Part shown: positions 52,101 through 64,000 of the stretch, in pieces
How positions within the stretch are numbered: position 1 is the stretch's first letter
Layout: every line of letters begins with the position of its first letter
Assembly: GCA_964188305.1 (NCBI GenBank)
Contig: OZ076892.1
Reading direction: 5' to 3' (one strand)
DNA length: 64,000 nucleotides
Origin: Podarcis bocagei
Taxonomy: Eukaryota
Translations under genes and position numbers: made by a program
The notes under the pieces: model-generated
Databases searched by the model: none
What the model saw: only the letters and a program-made list of their open reading frames with translations
What the model was told of the DNA's origin: nothing

Positions 52101-55100
52101 TGCTGCATATGCGACCCCCATTCTCACTGGTGAGTCCGGGGGGGGGGCAGCTTCTATCTCCTGTAACTGTGACCTGCCTCCTCGCCCAGCCCCTGAAGGC
52201 ATTCCCTGGAGTGTGAAGATATCTGGTTAGTTTCTTCCTGCAAGCTATTTCATGGAAGGAACTTTGACCTTAGCTAGGTGTGTTTCTTTGTATACATATG
52301 TAGGGTGTGTACAGTAGATGCCACACAGCAGCTTACAAATGAGGATCTTGTTCCCCAAGTACTATTTTGGGTTTGGGGCAATCTCTGCACAATGTTACCA
52401 GGAAATGGGGCCAGGAGAGTGGGGAAGAGATAGAGGAGGGGAGCTTCCAGATGGGGGCTACCTGCCAGGCCCCTCAGTGCTGGGCCAGGGCTGGGCCTGC
52501 TGCTGCTCTAGGTGCTGCTGGACTCTCCGTAGTTGGTCCACTGCATGCAGACGGTCATAGGGGTTAGGAAAGCTGCACAAATCCAGGCTGCAGAGCTGAG
52601 TCCCCAAGTCATTCAGCACATGGCTCAGGTAGCTGTGGAGGTTGAAGCGCCTCTCTGGAAACAAGTACAAAGAGGCATCACTCTCACCCTACAGAGCCTT
52701 AATTCCCCCTCCTCTTTCCAATTGAGTCAAGGGTTGCTCAGCACCCCAAAGGTACAAACTGGTGCACAGAGCATGAGGAAGGGTGGCACACTCTCTGTCT
52801 GAGAGAAAGGGAGTGGTGTTTGCATCCGTTGCCAAGACAAGCTACTCTTACCCTGAGGGGGACCTTCCAGGTCCTTCTGGTGCTGGAGGTGGGACTCAAT
52901 GAGGTCACACAGAGCAGCCACAAGCTCTGGTACTTGCTCAGAAGTCCCAGGGAACTTGTCCATGGCTCTGCACTGGCAGAGGCTGTTCTTGTAGAGGAAG
53001 CCCAGGGTCTCCTCCAGCTCCTGCAATGGAGAGAGCAGGGCAAGAGTGCCAAGCACCCATCAGGGCGGAGGCTGACCGCTCAGAACCTCCTGCTGACTGG
53101 AGGGACTTGTGAGGAGGGGGTCTCACCTGCTTGACTCGTGTGATGGGCATCACCTGCTTGGGGGGCATCACAGTCTGCAGGAGTTCAGGGCTGGCAGCCG
53201 GAGGCTTTGGGGCTGGGGGCTGGACCAGCTGGAAGATGTGGCTGATCAGTAGGCTCACTGGCATTAGGAAGATGGCTGTTTCCACACTCACCAGCAGCTC
53301 GTGCCAAGTCACCATGAAAGGCCCTGTCTCGGGAGCGGGGGGAGGGCAGAGGAGGGGCAGACAGAGACCTTCAGTCAGGAGGAGGGGGTGGCTGAAAGGA
53401 TCACTGCTGTGGCTGAAGCAGTTTCGATGCCAAAAATGCTGGGCGGGGTGCAGAGGGGGACTCCCAGCTCCATTGTGAAGCTTAGAATCCTCATTGCTAC
53501 TTAGAGACACACAAGCCCTATGCATGGAAGGTGGAGCATGGGGACAGGAGCAAAAATACAGGACCCTTTAGGGCTCTGCCTTGGGGGCTGTGAGCCATGG
53601 CAAGTGGTGGGAAGCCAGCCTCTTCCCTACCCCACCCACTCACCTGCCCCCAGCCCAGCGCCCACCTGCATCATGTTGGGGCAGGGGACAAGGAAAGGCA
53701 CTGGCTATGCTAGTCTCCAGCTGGCAGCCGACTCACCAGCCTCAGGGCTTCTGGACCCTGCCTCTTTTCTCCAGAACATGATGTTGATGAGGAAGGTGCA
53801 GCAGAGGAGGGCCAGGCAGCAGGAGAGCCTCTGGACACGGGTGAAGGGGCTCCAGGGCGAGCAGGTCACCACCGACAGCCACAGGTGCTCCTGCGTCAAT
53901 TTGTCCACCAGCCCTGACCAGAACTGGTACCTGGTGAAGTGGGATAAGGGATGTATTTGGTGGGACCTGAGCCAGAGAGGGTCAAGGGCCAGGAGCAGGG
54001 TGGGACCTTTCCTGCTGCACATAATTTCTGAATGGGGAGGAGCTGGAAGCTGCATCATACTCTCTGACCTGGAAGGAAGACCCAACTCCCAGATGGGTGG
54101 GAGAGAAAGGCCCTCTCTGTGTATAGTCAAAGGAACTTTCTTCACTGGGTCTGAGATTCGTCATTCCAAGCAGATTCTGGGACAAAGCCTGCCGTTCCGA
54201 CTTTTATTTTTTGATGTCTGCATATTGCTTTTTCACACAGGTGTTCTTAGCATAATTCAGTCAAAGGCAAGGTACCTGTTGGGTAGATCAGGGGCAGAAA
54301 AACCCCAAGGGCAAAAACACATTCCAGAGATGCCACAAACTGGCAGGAGGTGGGTGGGTGGGGCTCATATTTACCTGAAGGACAGGAGATCCCTCTCGGA
54401 GGCAGCAGCAAAGACTTTATCCACATGGCCGTCATCCAGGTCAGCTGCCAGCCAAGAGTCACACAGGAAATGCCACTTCTTCTTGGCAGACAGGTCACAG
54501 ACAACCAGCCGCCTCACAAACCTGCAGGAGGCTCAGGCCTTTCAGTCGTTTGCCCACACATGGGTGGCGCTGCCAAGCAGTCATGTGGTGCCCATTAGCT
54601 GCAGCCAAGGGATCTGCCCCCACTCCCCATCACTCAAGAGCTGCAGGTTAAAGGGAAGCAGTGGGGATCTTTTCCTTCTGCCCTCATTACCTTGCCAAAG
54701 CAGAGAGCTGCATGTGGCTTCCTTCAATCACAAGAGAAGCTTTGCTCCAAGTTAACCTATACATAAAGCATTCTTTGCCCAGTAGCTTTGGGAAAAGACT
54801 GGAGATGGAAGCGTATTCCCTCCCTGATGTATCCTTTATGTTTGGGGGTTCAGACCAAAGGTGGTTCATATGCATTATTTGACATGACAATGTGGCCTCT
54901 GGAGCCAAAGCTGGCCTTTAACATGGTGAGCATGAACCTTGGGTGGGACAAGACATGCCACAGTTCCATCGTCCCCCTGGAATGTCCAACTGACCTGATG
55001 CTAGTTTTGCTACAGTTGGACAGGGATATTGTGAATTTCTTCAGCATAGGCTTGAAAGGAGGTATCTTTGAGGACCTGGGAATTCTGCATGTGTCCAAGT

Positions 55101-58100
55101 CCTGGCAGCACAACCCCATGGCATGGGAGGACTAGGTATGCCAGCTGCAGCGTCCCTTCGCCTACTAGCATCTGATAAGGTCTGGTGCTGCCAACGGACT
55201 CTCCCACGCCAGTCGTGTGCTTCCAACCTCCTCCTTGCCTGGCATCCCAGTTGCTGTCTGGTTCGCTCTAACCCCACCCTCTTGGCCCCCACCCTCAGCC
55301 CTCGCTGGGCCATGGACTTACCAGCTGGGGTTGGGCCCAGTGTTGTTGTGCCAGAGGCGGATGGCGTGGAGGTTGCCCAGGGACTTCTGAGTGGCAAGGA
55401 GGAAGGCATCCCGCCCACCTCGCTCAAAGGAGGGCCCCTGGGGGTGCTGTAGCAGGTGTGGCTCGCTCCGGCCCTCTGCCCCATAGAGGGTCAGGATAAC
55501 CTCAAGCCAAGGAGGGAGAAGGGGTCAATCAAGGAAAGGGAAAAGAGGGCGGATGCTGGGTGGGGTTCATGGATTGCTTCCTTTCCTCAGTTCCTTGCCC
55601 AAGCAGGGAGCACATGAAGGATGTCATCAAAGACAGGCTTTTGCATGCAGCCAGTCACACAGAAGCCTGCACCCCACACACCCACTCCCCGATAGGGAGA
55701 GATCTGCCAGACTCGGCCCAGATTCTGTGGGCAGGTGCCTGAGGTCACGGAACTTGATGGGCAGCACTTGTACCATCAACAGTACAAAGTGGGCCTGCAG
55801 GGAAGTAAGACCCTCCCCTACCTTAGCAGAGGTCCCAGCCCCTCGGCGGTAGCCTGTGAAGACTTGCACCAGGTAAGGGAAGCAGGCGGTGGCCTCATTA
55901 TCTGCTAGGATTGTGACCTTCACCTGGAGGGGGGAGAGACACACATGGGGTGGGTGGCCCTAGAAATGGCCAAGCCCCACTTCAGCAAGTCAGCTTTTCC
56001 AGGGTGTCTGGCTCTCAGCTGTTTGCTGAATAAATATCTCATACCCTAAAAAGACGGTGTAAAATGTCTTCTCTCATGACCCGTTTGCATTTCCAATGAA
56101 AAACTTTCATTGTTCCTCATTTCAGCACATCAGACAAGAAGGGCCTGAATGAGGGCAGATGGGGGGTGGGTGTCTCTGGCCTGCAAATGCTAATAACCCC
56201 AAACCACCATCATAAATCTTTTGCTTGCCCTTTCCCCTCACCTTCTTAGCATCCGTTCTCTGTCTCCATCGAGCCCAAACGAGGGCAGCTCCATAGCCCA
56301 GCAACAAGCTGCTTAGCAAGGCCAGCCCAGAAGGGTTCTGGCCCACGGTGCTCAGGAGCTTTGCAGTGTTGTGAAGGTCAATCAGGTGTGGCAGGACCAA
56401 GGCGACGCACCCAAAGAAGGTGAGGTGGTTGCACAAGCACTGGGTGCTGTGGAGGGTGCTTTGGGAGCCCACCTGGGAGGGAAGCACTGATGCATTAGAA
56501 ACCAACACAGGAGGATGAGGTCCCAATAGTTCTGCTCCATTTGGTTCCCCATGACATTCCGCCCTACGTTTTTTTTCTCCCAGCATGGAAGCAAAGGCTT
56601 GCTTGCCTGCCCTGCAGCCCTCTGCCCTGGTTGACCCTACTGCATACCCGACATCCATCACTTCTCCAGGCATGCTGCTGGCTGGACCAGTAGTAGCATC
56701 CAGAGATGATGGTGTGAATGGAGAGGTTCCAGGGGCCCTGAGAGAGGGGAGCCACCTCTGCAGAGATGTAGTAGGTGCCCAGGCCATGATGCTGCAGCTC
56801 CTCTGGAGGAATCACCCATGTGTAGGTACCCTCTGAAGCAAGAGCAGTGAGTCAAAGAGAGCAGAGAGGGACCACACCCACTGACCTCACCCACACCTTC
56901 CTCCACTGGGGGACACAGTCCTGCCTGGCCCCAGCTCCTCAAGCCCCTCCCTCTGTGCCTACTCCCAGGTGCACAGATTTAAATCAAAGTGGTTTGGTCA
57001 ATTATGTAAATGAAGAAACGGGCTGATTTAACTAAGCGATTTAAATCAAATTTCCCATTGATGTTTCCCACAGTGCAAATCTGACCACTACACCATGTTA
57101 ATTTGCAATTAAATGAATTTAATGGGCAATTAAATAATTGAAACACAGCTGATTCAATCTGTATACTTTTGCAACTTTCCCTTTTTATTTATAGAGGTAA
57201 ATTGTTCCCATATAGCAGGCTTCCTCAAACTCAGCCCTCCAGATGTTTTTGGCCTACAACTCCCATGATCCCTAGCTAGCAGGACCAGTGGTCAGGGATG
57301 ATGGGAACTGTAGTCTCAAAACATCTGGAGGGCCGAGTTTGAGGAAGCCTGCCAAACAGGTCATGTCTTATGGCTGAAACCCAGAACAGCAGGTGAAGTT
57401 AACACCTCAAAGCTATGCCCACTTACCTGAGAGTTACCTCACTGAACTCCAATGAGACTTACTTTTAAGGGGATACATGCAGCACTGTGTTGTATTTATG
57501 AGCATAAGAAGAACCTGCTGCATCAGGCCAATGGCCATTCTAGTCCAGCACTATTCTCCTAGAGGTCAGTCAGATGCTCCAATAGGAAGTCCCAAAGCAG
57601 CACCTGCCCTCTAGCTTCCTTCTAACAAGTCCTCACCCTCTTGCCATCCGCTGCTGGGCAGGGTGGTGTTGAGGAGGCTTCTGTTCTTGTTGGGCTCAGG
57701 TTGGAGGCCCAGGTGCAAGGTGATCTGGACCACTGTGCTGGATTCCACCGATACTAGCAGGGCATCCTCTACTGATGTGATGTTTACCACAATGTCAAAG
57801 TTCCTGACGTTGCCAGTCAAGTGAGTGTGAGGGGCCTCAGCACTAGCCTCAGCACTGAGCCCAATCTGGAAGCAGACAGAATGCCTATGGTCAGCCCTGC
57901 AGTCCGTCCGTCCCCCCACTGGTCCTTGAGCACATATTGTCTCCCATCAGGCCATACAGCACAAAGTGCTTATTTCTGATCCAGAGCTGGACCTTGGACA
58001 GCGCTGCTTCTCCATGCCACTTGGGTGCTGAGAGAAGAGTCTCCCTGATGAGAGAACGTCCCAGTACAGTATCCATTCTCACCTCTATTTCCTCTGTAAG

Positions 58101-61100
58101 ATTGTGGACACCGATGGACTTCTCGCTGGCCATGAGAGCGATACTTGCCGTCCTTTTGATCGGCTTCCCATCCAGGTGCCGGAAAGGATTGAATGCAAAG
58201 GAGGCCACCTAGAGTGAAGATGAGAGCAAGAGCAAGCTGTGGGGGTGCCCTCTGCCCCACGTCCACACCCTGCCAGCCCTGCACTATGTCCCCCTACAAG
58301 GACCCAGTGGGCAGCAAGCCACTACCACCTTACCTGGACTTGTACTTGAGGGTGCTGGCTCAGAACTGGCTCCAGAGCAGAGCTGGATGGGAAGGTTACG
58401 TTCAGGCCCCTTGGCTGAAGCAGGTGGAAGGAGGCATGGGGCAGGGAGGCTTTGTCACACCTGGTAGGGAGTGGGGTTACTGTTGAAAGTTTGAGTGCAA
58501 CTCCATTTTCAGAAGAGGGGTCTTGCGTAGGTTAGGACAGATAGAACAGAGTTCGAGACCTCCAGATTCCCAGACTACCTTTGTGTCATTAACCTCTTCA
58601 GCTCACCTCTCTATCTCTTTTGATATTCTCAGGCTGCACTCTGTTTCACAACTTCCTGCTCCTCTCACATTTCTCTCTCCAAGAAGAATTATCCTCTGAG
58701 ATAAGACAGGAGCCAGCATGGCTACCATGCTCTAGTACAGACTTGTTAGGCTAGAACTTGGAACTTTTCTATCCAGCTATGTGGTTAGAGTGCGCGACAT
58801 GGACGTGGGAGACCAGGGTTCAAATCCCCTCTCAGCCATGAAACCCAATGGGTGACTTTGGGCCAGTCACTATCTCTCAGCCCCAACCTACCTCACAGGG
58901 TTGTTATGAGAATAAGATGGAAAAAAGGAGAAGTCTGTGAGCTACCCTGAGCCTTTTGGAGAAAAAGCGGGTTATAAATGTAGTAATAATTTTTAAAATA
59001 ATGTAATAGACTCCTTTATTATTTATCTTAACTACAAACATCCCTGTGTGTGAGATTGTAACTCATAAAAGTCTGTCCCCTAACCAAGATGCATTCTCTG
59101 AAAAATGTCTTACTCTGCGTACCAAAAGGATTCCAATAGGTAATTGGCAACCAAACAATTCATTCAGTTCCCCAGCTGCCCTGAGCAAGCCCCCCCCCTT
59201 CTTCAGTGCCTAGGAGAGAGGAGACTGGTACCTGCTGAGAGTGGTGCTGAGCACAGGAGACACCACAGTTACTGTGGATTCCTCCATGGTGGAGCTTCCC
59301 AACAGGAGCCCCGTCTGGATCAGAGGAAGGGCTGTTTCCAGGACCTTTGGTTCCTGCTGCAGAAAGGCCAGGTGTGGTCAGGAGCTGGGCAGAGCCAGGG
59401 TGGGGAGCTGGGAAGCTCAGCTCCCTTCCCATGGGCTCAGAGCAATGGGAAGGCCTGGACAAAAGGGGGTGCCTTCAGAATGAGACCCAGCCATGCAGCA
59501 GGCCTGAGCTGGCAACCCCATCCTTCTGCTGGCCTGGGAAAGAGTGAAGGGGGAAGGAGCAGGTCAGAATAGCCTCCTCCACCCGACCCCTGCAGGTCCT
59601 CTTTCTCCCCCACCTGTTGCGGGCCGAAGCTGGGTGTCTGGCTGCCTGAGGCTTGGAGGAGGTTGCTGAGGGCCTGGAAAAGAGCCTGTGATGCGAGGTC
59701 TAGGCAGGAGGCATTGCTGGCAGAGTGGTCCCTCAGTAGCTGAGAGCTCAGGGAGAGAAGTGCCTGGCTGGCAGAGGCCTGTAGAAACAAGGCAGGGCTG
59801 GTCATCTGGCGGGGCTGATTTGGGGGTGCAAGGGCGAGGCTGGCTGTGCCAAGCAGCAGGCTTGCCTCTGTACATAGCCTGGGTAGAGCCTGGCTCAACC
59901 AAGGACTGGGAGACTAGGCCGCACCCACCCACCCTCCCTCCCTGCCATGTGCCAGTACCTGGGCATCATCTGAGAGCAGAGCGTGGAAATTTGTCAAATT
60001 CTCCAGCATCCGGGCTGCCTGCTCCAGTGCCATAGGGTGGTCTGGGGTCTTCACAGCCTGGCTGAACTGGTGCAGCACCTTCTCTAGGGCCTGTGGGACA
60101 GACCCTGAGTGAGAGGGGCTGGGGGAGAAGGGGGCCTGGTTGCCCTATTACGCTGTCAGTGAGCCTGCAAGTAGAGCTTATCGCTAAATCTCTAATTCTA
60201 GGAAGGCTCCTCTACCCTATAGGGGGAAGACCTGAAAAGGCAGCTAGGCGGGAGGGAGCCACACATCCCCCCACACCTCCCCAGAGCCACTTGCCCCCCT
60301 TTCTGCTGTGGGCAAAACCAGTCTGGAAATCACTCACTAAGTGACTTTGGATCCCTGGGAAATCACATACGAGTCACACTCATCTTTGATCTGCACCTCA
60401 GCATTGGTTTTTCCAGGTGCAAAGGAAGAATCCTGCAACGCACACACCACCCCCACCTCCTGGCATCTCCGGAGCAGGGTGTGGGGTATGGGACGGAGAG
60501 AGAGGAGAGCCTGTCTGGACAAGGTGCCACCAGGGTGGGGGCAGGTGCCAGTCCAGATGTCTCCCTACCTTCCCCTGGTCCTCAGGGGGGAAGTCTCTAG
60601 GGCTGAAAGTGAAGGAGTCCGGGCTGGTGTTGGACTCGTGGCTTTTGGTACCCCCCGAGGTGGTTTTGCTGGTGGGCAGCGGCTGAGTGCTGGGCTCTGG
60701 GGCTGAGGTTCGAGAGTTGGGGTGAGTCTGGCTGCTGTTGCTGGCTGGCCAGGTGCTGGATGCCGACTTGGGGCTGCTCGGCGGATGGCGGGGAGTGCCG
60801 AGTTCTGGCCTGGTCCCAAGGAATGACTGGATGTCAGCGGTGGTCGGCTGGCGAACTGTGTTGCTTCCTGGAGGAGCACTGGGCGGCGGAGGAGTCGCGG
60901 CGGAGGGCTGGGCGCTCAGAGGAGCAGTCGCCGTCGGCTCTTCGGTGAGAATGGGCGTCGCCTCCGTCGGGCCGCACGTCAAATGCTGGCAGGTCGTTCT
61001 CTGGGAGACAGGGAGAGAGAGTCACCAGGGCCGGCTGCTCGGTGGTGCGCTGCAGTCAGCCCAGGGGGCGCTGCGCAGCGACCTAGAGAGCCTTCGCCCG

Positions 61101-62542
61101 TTCCTGTTCGACGGCTGCGCAGGCACCTGCTTTGGCGGGAACTTACCACCCAGGGCGTGGAAGTCTCTCGGGGCGTCCTCGGGGGGCCTGTAGCGGACAG
61201 AGAGCAGTAGGGGTTGAGCTCGGGAGGATTCATGGAAGCGGCGCTTCCGGGGAGGCGGTTCTAGGACCTGCGACGGCCCAGCCCAGCCACCTCGGGAGAG
61301 CCTGGCCCTGGCCCTGCCTCCGGGTTGCAGCCACCTCGAAAGGGCGTGCTTCGTGGGGGTTGCTTCCAGAGGCGTGCTTCCAGAGAGTCTCATCCTCAAC
61401 TCAGCCACGAGGTCCTTCTCGCTCTTTGAAGCTGGAGGCCGCGAACGAGGCCGTGAATAAGGGCGCGAACTCCCACCCCGGGGGGCGGGCAGACTCACGC
61501 ACCAGACTGGCAGATGAAAAAGTGCTTCTGGTCACACTCCTCCCTCCTGGTATAGAATTGGTCCCCATTCCGGACGAGGACTTTGCAGTGGTCTGCGGAA
61601 GTAGGCGCCGCCGTCAGACACGGTTATCCCTCTTCCCCGCCACCCCACACTCAGCACCAGCCCGCCAGTTGTTTGCCTTTGAGGGATTTTCTTAGGATAA
61701 GGCTTTCCGGCTGAGGCTGCTTTGAGCGCCCCCTGTAGGGCTCCGCTCCCTCTCCAGACTAGAGTCTCCCAGTGGTGGCAAGTGGTTTAAGGGGAGCCTT
61801 TGCATAGGGTGAGTGCCTGGTAGCAAACCCTCGGACAGCCTTGCATTATTATTATTTTTAACCCTCCCCACTCCTTGACTGCCTGTCACAGACTGCAGAG
61901 CTGAGCCATCAGCAGCGGGGCTTGGCATGGGAGGAGGGTTGCTACCCTGAGTGTCCTTGAAACGCTGGTGGGCGGGGTCCCTCGACGGAGGGAAGGGTCT
62001 GCAGGGCCTGGCTGGGCCCTTGAAGTGAGAAGCTTGGCTGCCCCGCCTCGATCCCCACGAGGAGACGGTGGTCCCACCTTGTGTAGGGAGGGTGGCGGTC
62101 TTGCCCTGAGGGGTTTGGCGTCTGGGCGAGCCAGAGATGCTGAGTGGGGAATAACACACATCCCGGGAGAGTATACTGGAATCGGCTGCTGCTGCCCCTC
62201 TTCTGCGGTGCTGCTGTTGGGCCTCTGCGCCCCCGTCCCGCTCTCACCTTTGCCAGGGTGGCTCACTTCTGGGAGCGCCTTTGCTGCAGCCCCGATCCAG
62301 GTTTTGCTCCTGTCGTCCAGGCGGTCGCGCAGGGCGTCCTGGATCTGCTGGTTCCACGTGTGGAGGAGCCGGCCGTGGGATCGTCCGCACCAAATCACTG
62401 CACCCAAGGCGGGTTGTGGCCACCGGAGCAGCCGATAGCAGTCCTCTCCTGCCACGGGCAGGCAGGCGGGCTCCGATTCCTCCGAAGAGACCTGTGCGGC
62501 CCAGAGCCAGAGCCAGAGCCACATCCCTATAGGGAGCCCCAT
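45999..62542 (-). CDS. PKD1L3: Polycystin-1-like 3, about 1770 aa
   Basis: Signal peptide, C-type lectin, S/T/P stalk, GAIN/GPS (CLCNHLTFF), PLAT and polycystin channel domains. Phase-consistent exons: 62542-62248, 61592-61503, 61187-61147, 61000-60569, 60090-59959, 59778-59614, 59356-59232, 58460-58334, 58208-58083, 57865-57637, 56832-56648, 56472-56242, 55923-55822, 55500-55322, 54521-54375, 53930-53737, 53323-53127, 53020-52852, 52654-52462, 51529-51277, 50934-50832, 50693-50550, 49639-49454, 49015-48727, 48365-48232 (GC donor), 48056-47932, 47360-47200, 47097-46887, 46772-46671, 46418-46287, 46112-45999. The 5' exons are less certain, with a possible extra exon near 61431-61291. Synteny next to IST1 supports L3. 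Confidence 0.9.
46130..46157. repeat. (GA)n microsatellite forming the polypyrimidine tract of the last PKD1L3 acceptor
   Basis: Direct reading; (TC)n on minus, about 18 nt upstream of the acceptor at 46112. Confidence 0.9.
47502..47633. mobile_element. hAT-type MITE, same family as 42148-42283
   Basis: Shared core CTACAACTCCCATC..CTAGCTAGCAAG..CAGGGATGATGGGA; near-perfect TSD CTCTAAAA/CCCTAAAA. Confidence 0.8.
49786..50065. mobile_element. Probable non-autonomous DNA transposon (GC/CpG-rich)
   Basis: Imperfect termini GGGCGTAG / CTATGCCC around a CpG-rich intronic patch. TSD not clear. Confidence 0.45.
57216..57351. mobile_element. hAT-type MITE, related family
   Basis: TIRs CAGGCTTCCTCAAACTC..CCCTCCAGATGTTTT / AAAACATCTGGAGGG..GAGTTTGAGGAAGCCTG and the same internal core. 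Confidence 0.85.
58781..58990 (+). mobile_element. tRNA-derived SINE (Squam3/MIR-like)
   Basis: GTGGTTAGAG A box, GGTTCAAATCC B box, GGGTGACTTTGGGCCAGTCAC core, CCTACCTCACAGGGTTGTT. Confidence 0.75.
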
Positions 62543-62929
62543 GCCGCTCCCTCTTTGGAGCAAGCTGGCCCGGGGCCACCCTTTAATAGTCTAAACCGCC
62601 GCCGCCGCCCCCCCCCCACCGTGCACGCTCAGCCCACGAACTGAGAAAGCAGGTGGGGGAGCTGCTGAAAAGAGGAGCAGAGCAGCGCCACACCCAGAGG
62701 CTGAACAGGTGCAGCACCTGGCGCTCCAGCTGGAGATGCGCCCTCTTGTTTGCAAAGAAGAGGGTGCCATTGTCTGCACCCCTGCGAGGAAGAAAGGAGG
62801 AGCAACTGCATTGTCTGCTGCATAAAAGACACGCTGGCAGGCAAATATTGAGAGCCCAGGTGGCACATCCCATTCCTCTTGCTCCAAAGAACAGTATGAT
62901 AACCAAGCAGTTTGGGTGACAAGAAATGG

Positions 62930-63108
62930 GATTTCAAGGGTTTGGGGAGTGGGGCAGACAGGAAGGTGGCAGACTCCCCTTCATTAGAGGTTTCTAAACG
63001 GAGGCGAAGGGACCCTCCTTCCAGGGAGGTTGTGCTAGTGGGATTCCTCAGGAGGTAGGAGTAGATGACCCTCACAGTCCCTTCCAACTCTACAGTTCTA
63101 TGATTCTT
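62930..63108 (+). mobile_element. CR1 LINE 3' end
   Basis: GACTCCCCTTCATTAGAGGTTTCTAAAC..GTCCCTTCCAACTCTACAGTTCTATGATTCT terminal motif. Confidence 0.7.
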
Positions 63109-64000
63109 CTGGACAAGTGCTGGCGAGTCTCCAGCCAGCCACATGAGGTTTTACAATTTACTGCATGTCACTGCCAGGGGGCCACCATGGCGTTTGAAGT
63201 GGGAATGGGTGTCTGGATCTGGGCCTGTCCTGGGCCTGGGCCCCTGAGAAGCCAATCATGAAGTCCTCAGAGAGTGAAAGAGAGCTTCCATGGACACCAC
63301 TTACGGTAACTGTAGCCTGCCATTTATTCGGTGTGGGCTGCGCCTAGTGCTGAATCACTTTGCAAGATAACACACAGCACACATGGACTTCTTACTGGGG
63401 AGAGGAGGCTTGCCTTCATTGCAATCACACACAGAGTACTTAAAATTGGAATATAATAAAGCTCCATTTATTATAAGAAATATATACTTGGATAGAAAAG
63501 AGTTCCTAGTTTTAGCTAATTAATCTTAAAGCTACAAGGGAGTCATGCTTGCTCTTTACTCTCAGCAGAGATACATCCATAGATGTCCTCTCTCAGCTTC
63601 AGAAGGAAGAGGGGGAAGCAGGAAGTTTGGTCACTGTCAGGAACCGTAAGAATATTAGTCTAATAGTAAAGGAAAGGTAATCACAGAGATCAAAGGGCAG
63701 TTAGACAATCTTGGAGGTTCCCTTCTTTATCCACTTTAACCTCATGCAAACCCTCAGCAAGCTGAGTTGCATCCCAACTCTTTCAACACTCAGTGAGTTC
63801 AGGGTTGGCTCCATTGGCAGGTTACAGAATGGGACTTCACTGTCCCCCTCCCATGCTGTGCCCTCCCGTTCCTCCAGAGAGATGGTCCTGGCCTTTGTAC
63901 AGGTGTGGGTGACATCATGTTGGAGAGGCTGATTGCAGGTCTTGGGCACATGGCGTGGCAAAAGCCAAGGTGGCCTCGCAGAAAGTTGTCCTCCCATCAC

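Noticed and set aside
53520-54755. 411-aa plus-strand ORF
   Set aside because: Antisense to PKD1L3 exons and introns; no recognisable domain; shadow ORF.
63300-64000. Expected next syntenic gene (DHODH) or the 3' UTR of a minus-strand gene
   Set aside because: Only minus-strand AATAAA motifs (about 63323 and 63467) seen; no recognisable coding exon.

Overview
Vertebrate genomic DNA, most likely a squamate (lizard), judging by the hAT/Tc-Mariner MITEs, tRNA-derived SINEs, CR1 and Penelope remnants. It carries the conserved syntenic block AP1G1(-) / ATXN1L(+) / ZNF821(-) / IST1(+) / PKD1L3(-), in the same order and orientation as human 16q22. I traced all five genes exon by exon by hand, and each gives a phase-consistent, apparently intact reading frame. 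Most ORFs in the six-frame track are spurious. Features the ORF track misses: an intronic box C/D snoRNA (SNORD71) and the 9-nt neural microexon in AP1G1, and two GC-AG introns. It also misses a decayed CDC42BPB (MRCK-beta) exon-1 copy lying antisense in an IST1 intron, split by a hAT MITE and joined at the apparent exon boundary to an unidentified sequence. Further hidden elements are Penelope-derived hammerhead ribozyme relics next to a perfect 22-bp hairpin, an intronic partial copy of an AP1G1 exon, and candidate uORF, alt-ORF and miRNA-site regulation of ATXN1L. I see no clear evidence of a wholly new multi-gene system. The best novelty candidates are the chimeric MRCK fragment and the ATXN1L translational/regulatory elements. 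Homology calls come from recalled sequences, not database searches.
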